From contig MU056277.1 of assembly GCA_013239625.1 (NCBI GenBank), positions 2,396,076 through 2,460,075 on the forward strand: a stretch of DNA of 64,000 bases. Direction: 5' to 3'. Made by a program: the position numbers and the translations under genes. The notes under the pieces were generated by a model, which saw only the letters and a program-made list of their open reading frames with translations, ran no database searches and had not been told where the DNA came from. This document shows, in pieces, positions 26,862-37,501 of this stretch. Position 1 is the stretch's first letter. Each line of letters starts with the position of its first letter. The stretch comes from Lama guanicoe. Taxonomy: Eukaryota.

Positions 26862-26894
26862 AATAAACTTTTCTGTAATATTTTGTGGAATAAA
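26862..26894 (+). terminator. TFDP1: TFDP1 tandem poly(A) signals
   Basis: AATAAA at 26862-26867 and 26889-26894 at the end of an AU-rich 3'UTR block (~26330-26950), with GU/U-rich sequence downstream. Confidence 0.8.
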
Positions 26895-28020
26895 GAGACT
26901 TTAACTGTCTGACTTGTTTAACTCGGCACCGTTGGTTTTTATTAATGAAGCGTGCGTATGCATTCTAAACAAGCCGCGAGTCCCTCTGATACAGGGGCGC
27001 TGTTGGGACTCGCCTCTCCACCACCGTGGGAAGGAGTTCGGCCACTGCCCAAGGCGGTCCTGGGGATGCAGCCAGGGCAGCGCCCCCTCTCCGGTGGCCG
27101 GGGCTGGGCAGAGGGCTCATGCCTGCCTTTCTGCTCGCCATGTTTTCAGGGGAACACTGCCCACCACCTACCATGCTTTACTCCCTGTAAAATGTCACCT
27201 TTGTACACACATATCCCACAAGGTCACCAAGCACCAGGCGTGCCCTCACGGTGACGCAGCCACGGCGAGATCACCAGGCCGAGTCACTGCCTTTCTTCTG
27301 GATCCTGAAAGCTGACACAGATTTTATGGATTTGACTCTTGGAAAAGAGTAAGATTGGAAGGTAAGATAGAATTAAGTGGTTTATTCGAGCTGGTTGAGT
27401 GAATCTGTGAACGTTTCAGGAGACGGTTGTGGACTTGAGCAGGGGCAGGCGTCCCTCAGGCTGTGGCCGGAGCCCCTTCCTCCTGACGGTGGCTGTAACT
27501 CCGACCATCCTGTGGCTTGTGGGACGGAGGGCCGGGGAGTCTCAGCGCCACGTGCAGGTGGACGTGCGGCCAGCCCGGCTTCTCCTGGGCTTTGCGCCCT
27601 GCTGCGTCCTCCTCCGGTGCGTCTGGGCGGGTCCCACCAGGGTGACAGCCGCTGGTTCGGAAGGGCGAGGGGGCCTGTGACTGCTGGTTAGGTGGTCATG
27701 TTGCTCTCGGGGCCGTCCTGGGCAGGCGACAAGGTTCTGGCACCATCTCCTCATTGCTTCTCCTGGTGGGTGCTTGGCCGTGGCCCTGTCATCTCGGAGC
27801 ATCGCCATCTGGGTGTCCCCGCCTGCACCCTTTGGCCCCCGGTGTCCCTGTGGTGCTCTGTGACCTTTGGGGATGTGTGTTTATAAAGGTCACATTCTGT
27901 AAGGAGTGAAACATTAAAGGTAGTGAGTGCTGAGTTTCTAACAGGAGGGCCTGTGGCTAAATGGGCCGAGTGCTGACTGGGTGTTAGCACAGTGGCTCCC
28001 GGAGATGCCATCACCTGCAT

Positions 28021-28120
28021 GTGGGTGCCCCGCGTGCGCCCAGTGGGTGCCCAGTGAGTGCCCAGCATGTGCCCAGTGAGTGCCCGGCGTGCGCCCAGCC
28101 TGTGCCTGCCGTGTGCCTGG
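28021..28120. repeat. Degenerate ~11-bp tandem repeat (GTGCCCAGTGA-like)
   Basis: gtgcccagtgagtgcccagcatgtgcccagtgagtgcccggcgtgcgcccagcc. Confidence 0.7.
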
Positions 28121-29115
28121 TGCTTTGGTGACATCAGTGTGAGGTGAAATGGCTCACCTCCACTGGGGAGGAGAAACTTCCAGGCTTGAACCTCGGCCTC
28201 TGGCCTCTGACCCCTGACCCCAGAGCCTGTGCCACCCCTCCCCCAGGTGCTGATTGTCCCATGTATTTAATAGCGACTTGGCAGAAAATTCCAGAACTTC
28301 TTCCCAAGGAGCGGTTTGTGGTCTGTGTGCTTCCAGGACCGAGATCTCACACACCTTTCCCTCCCCAAGCACGCGCAGCCCCTCACATGCCGGGACTCGG
28401 GCCTCCTTGGCCTCTGTCCTTACCTGTGAGATGGGATCTGCGGGTCCGGCCTGGGTCAGCCCCTCGGCCTCATTCGTTTGGAGGTACCTGCGCCCCGCCC
28501 CGCCCCATGCCAGCCTCGGTGTCGCTTCTGGGTGACTAGACCTCTGACCTCTGACCTGCTGTGTGTCATGGCACACCTGAGATGACCTAACTTCTGACCT
28601 GGTGTGATGGTTCTGAGTGGCTCTCGGGGGGGTGGTCAGCAAGGAGGAGCGTCTGCCCCGGGGTCTCACGTGGTGGAGACGCCCACACTCCCAGGGTCCC
28701 GCGGCTGTGGGGTGCTGCCCGGCGCCTGCCCCAGGCTGTGTCCCCGGTGCTTGTCTGGGGTCAGGACACCGGGCCTCGAGCTACGGTTTGGGTGAAAATA
28801 GGCGAGTCAGAGCAGGTTTGTCTCTGGACAGATTGTCCTCATCTCAGTGTTTTCCAAGGAAGTCAGCGTTGCAGACTTCATGCTCCTGGAGGCTGGCGGG
28901 AGGTTGGAAGGGAGGCCGCCTCTGGGCTCGGGTCTGTCCGCGCTGGCGACACCCTTGCGCCCGGGAACCACGTGTTCTCAAGTGACAGCCGCTCTGCTTT
29001 GTCCTGTGGTTTCCCTGACTTGCCATTGAAAGTTTTAAAGAAAGAGCCGTTTGATTTTTCGGTTCTTTCTCCTTATCAGGAAAGACATGACTGTTTTTTG
29101 TAGAGTAAGGGTGAG

Positions 29116-29126
29116 TTTAATTTAAT
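29116..29126 (-). terminator. ATP4B: Probable ATP4B poly(A) signal(s) (ATTAAA x2)
   Basis: Minus strand reads TTTATTAAATTAAAC about 400 nt past the stop codon in an AT-rich patch. Confidence 0.6.
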
Positions 29127-29528
29127 AAACTTGATTTTTACAGTTTAGGAATTGCACTTTTTAAAGCAAGCCTCCAGAATGCCCACAACCCCACGTTTCA
29201 CGTCAGCGCATCCCTAGTCTGCATAGTAACAGACGGGAAAACCAGTTACAGCAAGAAGAGTGGTGTGCAGGTGGACAAGTCCTCTCGGGGTCTTGGTGGT
29301 CAGACGGCTGCTGCCTTAAGGTCACCATGTCGGCCCCACGTTTTTATCAGCTCTGCAAATCCTCTCTAAAAAGGAGTAGAGACCTAGTCTGATTCTAATG
29401 CCGAGAGCGCGGTGCACAGGCCGGTCTGCTCCCCGCGCCGGCTCCAGCCAGGTGGGCACGATGGGAGCCGGTGGCCAGGAGGTGGTGGTCTGCGAGTGCC
29501 CCTGCGGGCCGGGCCAGCCTCCTGCTCG

Positions 29529-29822
<294 letters not shown>

Positions 29823-30206
29823 CTAGAAACGGGGAGAGCTGCCTCGAGGGGACAGACCAATGGCGGATTCACCTCCAAATTATATTAGGTGAAAGTTACT
29901 ATTAAGAAAACCAGAGGGCAAAGCAAGAGATCTGGAGAAAATGACTTGAAAGAGGCAGTTGTCTGAAAGGGGTTGGGAGGCCCTTGATAAGTAACAGACC
30001 AGATTTGGTATTTATTCTGCACAAGAACGATGTATTTTCAGATACCCTCGAGAGTGTGTGTTTGGAAGCACCTGGAGAGCGAGGTCAGGGGCTGGGCTAT
30101 GCCTTGCCTCGTTCTTACAGGCGGCGGCGCGGTTGTGGCTCTCGCCTGTGCTCACTGCTGGGTTTGAGGTGGCTCCGGAGCCACTGCTGGGGAGGGGCGC
30201 ACCCAC

Positions 30207-30308
30207 CTGGGCCTTCTTCCCGTAGTAGGGGAAGTAGTGGAGGCTGAAGGTGCCGTTGGGCGGGTAGTACGCCACCTGCAGAGGCGCGTCCTGGCGCGGG
30301 TGCTGGTC
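30207..30308 (-). CDS. ATP4B: ATP4B exon 6: [34 protein letters not shown]
   Basis: YFPYYGK beta-subunit signature; ccccag| ... CAG|GTGGGT; 102 nt. Confidence 0.97.
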
Positions 30309-31304
30309 CTGGGGGCGGAGAGGCGCGGCCTGAGCAAGGAGGGGCCTGCACGTCCGCGCAGGCGTGTGCACCCGCGCGTCTCTGTGTGTGTTGCTGTGTG
30401 TGAGCACCCGCGTGTGTGTGCTGGGCAGGTGGCCATCTTGTGCAGCTGCCGTGAGCGAGAGCTACTCTTCACTAAGGCCGTGACTTGTTAGTCTGTAAGG
30501 CCTGGTGACTTATCGAGCTTGTATTTTTTTCCACTTTAAGTCGTCTTGGGATAAAAAGGGTGACAGAGCTGAGAACGTTGGGATGGGAGCTGGGAGGCTG
30601 GCCGGCTGATTAGCCGTGGCCGGAGACGGACCCGCCTGCTGCCGTGGGGTTTGCTTCCCTTCGCTGAGTCGGCGGGCCGCCTGCCGGCTGGACGGCTGGA
30701 GCTCGTCCAAGAACGGGGAATGAGACCTTGGTGTCTGTTACAATCTCAAGTCGGCCTATGTGTGTGGTCGAGAAAAGTGGAAGAGGAAAACCGAATAGAG
30801 GAACCTGCGCCTGGGTAGGCTGCAGGCTTCAGGGCTGGTGATGCCCGGGGGGCGTCCATGCTGGCAGCCAGGAGCCTTGGCTGAGGGCATAATTGTGAAA
30901 CGCACTTGAGAGAACATGCAGTGAAGACAAATGTAGTTTTCCATGTTGTACTTAAAAACCGGTTTTGAGAAGAGCTGGAGTGAATTAATGCCAGCTCTCG
31001 GCAGCCCACGCACACACTCTGCCCAGCAAGGGCAGCGTGGGTCATCGGGCGTGCTTTTTTGAGTGTGTGAATAAGGACAGAGGAGTGCGGTGGAAGTGCG
31101 CTGGTTTTTCTAAGTTGCCACCAGCATCCTGAAGCGTGTTAGTGATTTGCTGCTCCCGAAGCTGTTTGAGCAGCAACGTCAAGCGCTTCCCTCACTGGGT
31201 CCTTCTCCCCGCGGTAAAGCCACTCCGGGACGGCTCGCACACCCGAGCTCTCAGCCTGACGGGTCGGGGGCTCTCCCGCGGGCTTCCCGGCCCGTCACAC
31301 TCAC

Positions 31305-31361
31305 CAGGAATGCGCAGTCCACCCTGGGGGCCGTGCTGTTGCCTGGGAGGAACTTGACGAT
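31305..31361 (-). CDS. ATP4B: ATP4B exon 5: IVKFLPGNSTAPRVDCAFL
   Basis: cttccag| ... CTG|GTGAGT; 57 nt. Confidence 0.95.
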
Positions 31362-32170
31362 CTGGAAGGGAAAGCTTGGCCGTGGCCTCTGCGCCCGCCT
31401 GTGGGTGTGAGGACGGGGTGCAGAGGAGGGTCTGGGGCAGGTTTCTGTCCTAAGGACCCTGTGGGTGTTACTCCTACTTCAAAGCCAGGAGCCCCCCCCA
31501 CCCCCCGCCAACCAGGGCAGCAGCAGAGCTGGATGGGAGGGTCCAAGCCATGATCGGGAGGGTCCATGCAGATTCCTGGGGCCGCGTGTGCCTCTCCTAA
31601 TTCACGCAGGTCTCAGCCTCCTGAAGTCACAGCCTCCATGCTCCTGCTCGTGCCCAGAGCCCAGGACAGCACCCGCCTCGCCGTGTGCCCCGTCCTCCAC
31701 CTATGATCACTCTGCGGCCAGACCCCAGCTCCCCCCGGAGCACGTTTGCACTGCACCCATGTGTGGCCCCCACCCCGGCCTCTTAGGAAGGAAAATTAAC
31801 AATACTGCTCAGATGCCGGCCTGGAGCTGGGTCATCTCCCATCCCCCACCAGACCCCACCCTCCTCAGGTCCCCACAGAGATGTCACCTCTCCCTGTCCC
31901 CTGGTCCCTGTGTCCACATGGACGTGCCGCTGTGGTCCACTGTGCTCTGATGGTCAGCCTTTCTCAGCGCCCAGCGCTGGGCTGGTCCCCAGGTCCCAGG
32001 TGCCTCCCAGGGCCTGCACAAGGCCCGGCTTCTCTTCAGCCATTGTGCACACGATGGCGGTTTCAATGTGGGAGGGGTGAGGGGAGAGGGGACGGGGCAG
32101 CGGTAGCCTCGGTCCCAGCCCACCTCCTGGCCCCTCCTCTCCACGGCCACCTCCACCCCCTGACACTCAC

Positions 32171-32370
32171 CCTGTTCATCTTAATAATAAAGCACGGCTT
32201 TCCTTCTGCAAAACCGAAGGTGGGGTCCGCCGAGCCGGAGCAGTTCTGCAGCATGTCAGCTGTGAACTTGCAGGAGAACTTGGTGTGGTTCGGGGCCAGG
32301 AAGCGCTCCTGGAAGAAGTATTTCTCCGAAGTGCAGTCGATGTTGCCGTCCTGTGACGCCGGCGAGTAGC
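32171..32370 (-). CDS. ATP4B: ATP4B exon 4: [66 protein letters not shown]
   Basis: cctgcag| ... AGG|GTGAGT; 200 nt; conserved cysteines and GKPC..KMNR motif. Confidence 0.97.
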
Positions 32371-32468
32371 CTGCAGGACAGACTCACCTGCGGGCATGGC
32401 CTCTGCTGCAGCTGCCCTGGGGGTGTCTCAGAGAAGGAGGCAGGACTGCAGTGCATTTTACACGTTAC

Positions 32469-32582
32469 CTGCCAGGAAGCGGTGGAGGGTGCGCGTCAGC
32501 TCCGTCCAGGTCCTGTTGTCAGACACATTGTAGGAGATGTCCAGGCCTTTATCCCCATAGACATCCGGCCGCAACGTCACCC
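32469..32582 (-). CDS. ATP4B: ATP4B exon 3: [38 protein letters not shown]
   Basis: ccccag| ... GCAG|GTAACG; 114 nt. Confidence 0.96.
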
Positions 32583-33669
32583 CTGGGGGGAGAGCATGGC
32601 ATCTCGTATCTGGCCGCATCCAGGCCTTTGGCTGTGGGGTTGGCCAGCACCCCGCTCCCCTCCCGCCTCCCGCTCCAGCCTGCTCCCTGGCCTCATCTCC
32701 TCCTGGAACGTGGGTGCCAGTGGTGGCCGCAGCCCCACGGTGCTCTGGCCTCTCCTGCCCGCCTGGGTGGTGGACAGACTCTGAGGTGGTGCGTTCTCAA
32801 GTCTGTCGTCTGTTACGTTCTGCTCTGAAGGTACATTGAAATCCTCCACATTGGCTGGTTCTAAAAGTTGACACCCAGTAGCGTGTTCTGGGGTCACGAT
32901 GACTTGCAGAAGGTCCTTGGGGGTGGCTGGACCCCTTGCCCCTTCCTGGCCACAGCCCCCTGCCGCCGTCACCTGACCCTGGTGTCTTCCTCAGAGTTAG
33001 GGATGCTGGTACAAACACTGAGCAGCTGTGCTGGAAAAAACTTTTCTTCCTTCATTCCTCCTCCTCCCTCCCTCACTTTTTGTTTGTTTTTTGCGGTCAC
33101 CCTGGGTTGACCATGTCTGGGTCCAAACCCCTTCCCAGGACTTGGAAGTGCCGCCTCCCTGTCTGAGCCCTGGCGTGTCCCTGTCACCAACGAACTTCTC
33201 TCGTTTGGTGCTGACTCGGCCCTTCCCCACACAGGAGGGCAGCCCCTGTGCTCACAGGACACTGTTCTGGATTTAATCTGCTGTCGAGGGAGCGAGATGC
33301 TCCCACGGAAGTGGAGCTCGGTAAAGCTGGCCCCCTCACTGTCCCCCACTAGACTCCCGGCAACTGTGCCTGGGGTGTCCTCCCCGAGACGACAGTCCTC
33401 CCGGGCTTTTACAGCCTCCCCATCAGAGGTCTCTGTGCTTAGCAGCGTGTAAAGTCACCGTGTCGAGACCGTATCTGGCACAGACACCTGTTTTAATAAC
33501 TGGAACCAAAGCCAAGGCCAGACTATGATCTGGGTCACCTTCCCCAAACGAAGCTGAGGTTGTCCACGCCCAGGTGCACCCCTCGAAGCCCTGGCGCCAC
33601 TGGAGAGGGGCAGGGGGCCCCTGGGCGGCCTCTCTGGGCCCTGAGGCAGGGTCCTGAGCCGCACCGTAC

Positions 33670-33798
33670 CTGGCGACTTGAGCTGATCCTGGTAGTCCGG
33701 TGTGTACGGGTCGATGGTGCACATGAGCACGTAGAGGCACAGGGCAAAGAGCCCGGTCATCACCACGTAGAAGGCCACGTAGTACAGGCTGATCCACA
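33670..33798 (-). CDS. ATP4B: ATP4B exon 2: transmembrane helix [43 protein letters not shown]
   Basis: cccgcag| ... CCAG|GTACGG; 129 nt. Confidence 0.97.
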
Positions 33799-34253
33799 CT
33801 GCGGGAGAGGCAGGGCAGACCCGGCTCACTGTGCGTCTTGGGAGGACACGCAGGAAGCCCACAGAGCCACGCCGTCAAGCGAGCGGCTCCCCGGTGCCGA
33901 GTGTGCCCACACACAGGCCGTGCAACCACCCCCGTCTAGTTCCAGCATGTTCTCCTGGCCCTGACAGGAGCCCTGGGCTCTTGGCTGAAAAGTCTTAAAA
34001 ATTAGAGTTTTAGGAACAAGCTTTGAAGGCGCTGTTCTCAGATCTGAGGCTGAAGCTTTGGGGCCCGTCCTCAGCAGTACCTCCCGCAGGGCCAGGGGTT
34101 GGGGATGCTAGAGCTGCGATGGGGCCATCTGCTGAGGGAGGTGGCAGGGCCTGGGCCTGGGCCCCGGGAACCAGCGCCGCCAGCCACGTGCTGCTGGCGG
34201 GGGGCCCTCTGTCCTGTCCTCAGCACCCCTGCCCTGTCCCCGCCGGCACGGAC

Positions 34254-34365
34254 CCCACCGGGACAGCGTCCGGCCCAGCATCTGGCCCGTGTCCGGGTTC
34301 CAGCAGTAGCGCTGGAACTCCTCCATCCGCTGGCTGCACGACTTCTTCTCCTGCAGTGCTGCCAT
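34254..34365 (-). CDS. ATP4B: ATP4B exon 1: [37 protein letters not shown]; total 876 nt / 291 aa, gastric H+/K+-ATPase beta subunit
   Basis: Recognisable N-terminus with FQRY endocytosis motif; donor GG|GTCCGT; exon lengths sum to 292 codons. Confidence 0.96.
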
Positions 34366-34411
34366 CGGCCCTGCTTCTGGAAGCCCTCCTCCAGGAGGAG
34401 AAAGTCCGGGG

Positions 34412-34620
34412 TTTTATAGTCTCCTCGTCAGAGGTCAGCGGCACGGTGGAGCCGGTCCCAGGGGAGCCTGGCAGGCGTTATCACGCCGCCGCTATCGGGC
34501 AGCCCTGGCAGGTCCTCCCGCTGTCAGGTGCCTCCACCCTCTCCCTGGGCAAGTCAGGGCCCCGCTGCTGGCCCCCAGCCCCGGACGCCCTTGGCCCTGA
34601 CTTGGTCTGTTCTGATAGCA
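34412..34620 (-). promoter_or_regulatory. ATP4B: ATP4B proximal promoter: TATA box and GATA sites
   Basis: TATAAAA (minus strand) 34412-34418, about 47 nt from the ATG. TGATAA (minus) 34478-34483, CGATAG (minus) 34492-34497, TGATAG (plus) 34613-34618. Gastric GATA factors are known regulators of H,K-ATPase genes. Confidence 0.8.
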
Positions 34621-35937
34621 GCGAAGGAGAAATTCTTCCTTGCGCGCAGGTGCCCTGCTCTTCCCGCTCTCGCTCCTTTGGGAGGGTGTGAAGGGCAGGC
34701 AGCAGGAGGGCGGGCCGGACCCCGACTCTCACCTGTCACTGACCTGCTTCCGGCTCTGAGACGAGGGGCAGCAGGTGACCGAGGTGGCGGCCCCACGGGG
34801 GTCTCCCACCACTGCCTTCCTGCTGCGCCCCTCCCTGAGCGCACACCTGGCAGTGCCCAGGCAGGGCCCTTGTCTCTGAGAGCCGTTGCTGGGGGCAGGG
34901 GGCTAGGCTCTTCAAGACTTTTTCGTGTGTCTCTGAGGAATGCACAGCCGTGCAGCCCAGAGACGGAACGCACCCCACTCCCTGAGCGTGATTTTGAAAC
35001 GCAGATTGTGTGCCAAGGGGACCCCACGGTCCTGGAGCTCTCGGGGGCTGTGTGGTGGCTGCGGGGCCACAGCAGGTTCTGGGCTGGGGACACTCGGCCC
35101 TGCAGCATACTGGGTCCCCGGGGCGCCCATCCCAGCCCCGAGTTTCTGGGTGAGCTAGCCTGCGTGGGGCCTGAACCCGCAGGCCGTCTCGAAATGCAGC
35201 CAGAACCAGGAGGCCTTGGCGGTTTGCCCAGTGGGGGCCGTGACAACCGCTCCCTGGGGCATCCGACTGCGGCCAGGTAGAAAGGGCAGCCTGGCAAAGA
35301 CGCTGCGCGGCAGAGGCCTCTCCACTGACGCAGAGCTCACAACCTCTGGCCTTGTGAGGCGGTTCCCTCACTGCCACTCCCAGGCCTTCCCGCTGAGGGA
35401 CCTGTGCAGCCAAATTTGAGGTTCCTTTGGGACCAAGAAAACCCCTCAAGCCGTCATGCTCATTTTCTTCAGGATGATTTAGTTTGTCAGCAAATTGAAC
35501 AGCCCAGAATTCAGATGCAATTGCACCATTTTAGCTTGAACTCATAATTGCTTAATGGACCAATCCTCTGCATGTTCCTTAACTGTTCCCATTCACAACT
35601 TTGGGATTTTAGGGCCGTAAAAACAGGGAATGCTGCACTGGGCTGCAGTCTAATCGCCCACAGCCTGCGAGCCTGGGACCCAGAGTGCCCAGGCCTGAAG
35701 CCACAGGGCAGCAGCTGGTGTCCCCGGAAGAAACGCCGCCCTGGTCTGGAGAGGACAGAGATGCTCTGGGAGTGAGCAAAGGGTGAGTTCTTTCTGGAAG
35801 TCTTTGAAATCTTCCACACTCAGTCTCTGAATTCCCAACAGGGAAAGTGTGTGCACTGCACACTCGTTATCAAAATGACCTTCTCCAGACACGCGCTGGG
35901 GGGAGGGGACGCAGGAGAGGGCATGGGGAAGGGCAGC

Positions 35938-36034
35938 TGTGCCCTGGGTGTGCCTCAGCTGTGTCTCAGGTGTGTCCCTAGCATCCCCCACATGTGCCCC
36001 AGGTGTGCCCCAGGTGTCCCCCAGGGTGTCCCTG
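35938..36034. repeat. Degenerate ~11-bp tandem repeat (TGTGCCCCAGG)
   Basis: gtgccctgggtgtgcctcagctgtgtctcaggtgtgtccc...atgtgccccaggtgtgccccaggtgtcccccagg. Confidence 0.65.
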
Positions 36035-36489
36035 GCCTCTTCACCCCCCTCGCTCTCTGTGGGGCCTCAGCCCTGGGTGCAGCTGGGGGCCTCCTGCTCC
36101 TCACCCTGCCTTCACTGGCTTCTCAGTGTCTCTGCTTTGCCAGCACTCCCCAGGGGAGTGGGGGCTGATCCCTCACCCAGCGCCGGGGCTACCTGAGGCC
36201 GTTGGTCATGGTGACACAGCTGCTCTCAGTGTCAGCGCGGGGTGGAGTTTGGTCCTGGCAGGCTGACCGGCCCCCTGGCCGGTGGTCACTCCTCAACTCC
36301 TAGCATAGCTGATTTTCTTCCCACTTGCTGTTTCTCTAGGGACAAAAGTGAAGCCTCGTGGGGAAACACAGCTGTCTTCGTGAATTCACATCCCCGGCCC
36401 CTCCCTTCACTTGGGCCTCGTGTCCCCACGGGGAAGCCGGCGGACGGTCCGGCCCTTCGACTTGGGTCCGAGGGCAGACAGGCGGCTCT

Positions 36490-36680
36490 GGGCTCCCGCG
36501 TGGTGTGGCTGTCGGGGGTGTGTCCTTCCCTGCGAGAAGGAGGGGAGGAGCCAGACAGGGCGGCTGCTCTAATCCATCTGGAGCAGCTTAGGGATTGTCT
36601 TTTTCTGGCACCTGCTGCGCCCTGAGCGTCCTCCACTCCGGCCGGGCGGGCTTAGCCTGAGCTGCGTCTGCCGGGCTCCC
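36490..36680 (+). promoter_or_regulatory. GRK1: GRK1 (rhodopsin kinase) core promoter with CRX/OTX site
   Basis: CTAATCC 36569-36575 followed by CAGCTTAGGGATTGTCTTTTTCTGGCACC, which resembles the human GRK1 core promoter as I recall it. No TATA box. Confidence 0.8.
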
Positions 36681-36802
36681 GGGGCCGCAGCCGGGCCGAC
36701 TTCCCATCCCCAGAGGGCAGGCGCGGGCCACAGACCAAGGGCAGCGGGTCAGGCCAGCTCGGGACGCGGTGCCTGACGCGACGGGAGGGAGTGGGCCCCA
36801 GG

Positions 36803-37501
36803 ATGGATTTCGGGGCCCTGGAGACAGTGGTGGCCAACTCCGCCTTCATTGCTGCCCGGGGCAGCATCGACGGGAGCGGCGGCCCGTCCTCCCGAGACAG
36901 GAGGTACCTGGCCAGGCTGAAGCTGCCCCCGCTCTCCAAGTGCGAGGGGCTCCGGGAGAGCCTGGACCTGGACTTCCGCAGTGTGTGCTCCGAGCAGCCC
37001 ATCGGCAAGCGGCTCTTCCAGCAGTTCCTGAGGGTGGATGAGAGGCACGTGCCGGCCCTGAGGCTCTGGAAGGATGTCGAGGACTACGACTTGGCCGACG
37101 ACGACCTCCGGCCGCAGAAGGCCCAGGCCATCCGGGCCGAGTACCTGGACCCCCAGGCCAAGCTCTTCTGCAGCTTCCTGGACGAGGGGACGGTGGTGCG
37201 GGCCAGGGAGGGGCCGGTGGCCGGCGAGGACGGGCCCTTCCAGCCCCTCCTGCAGGCCACCCTGGAGCACCTGAGCCAGACCCCCTTCCAGGAGTTCCTG
37301 GGCAGCCTGCACTTCCTGCGGTTCCTGCAGTGGAAGTGGCTGGAGGCCCAGCCCATGGGGGAGGACTGGTTCCTGGACTTCAGGGTTCTGGGGCGTGGCG
37401 GCTTTGGGGAGGTGTCGGCCTGCCAGATGAAGGCCACTGGCAAGATGTACGCATGTAAAAAGCTGAACAAGAAGCGGCTGAAGAAAAGGAAGGGGTACCA
37501 G
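36803..37501 (+). CDS. GRK1: GRK1 exon 1: [21 protein letters not shown]... RGS-homology domain to kinase P-loop (LGRGGFGEV) and MYACKKL
   Basis: aggATGG Kozak; 699 nt; donor CAG|GTGGGC. Confidence 0.98.

Noticed and set aside
34248-34253. Weak ATP4B intron-1 donor (GTCCGT) as a sign of pseudogenisation
   Set aside because: GT is retained, all seven exons are in phase, and the extracellular cysteines and promoter motifs are intact.
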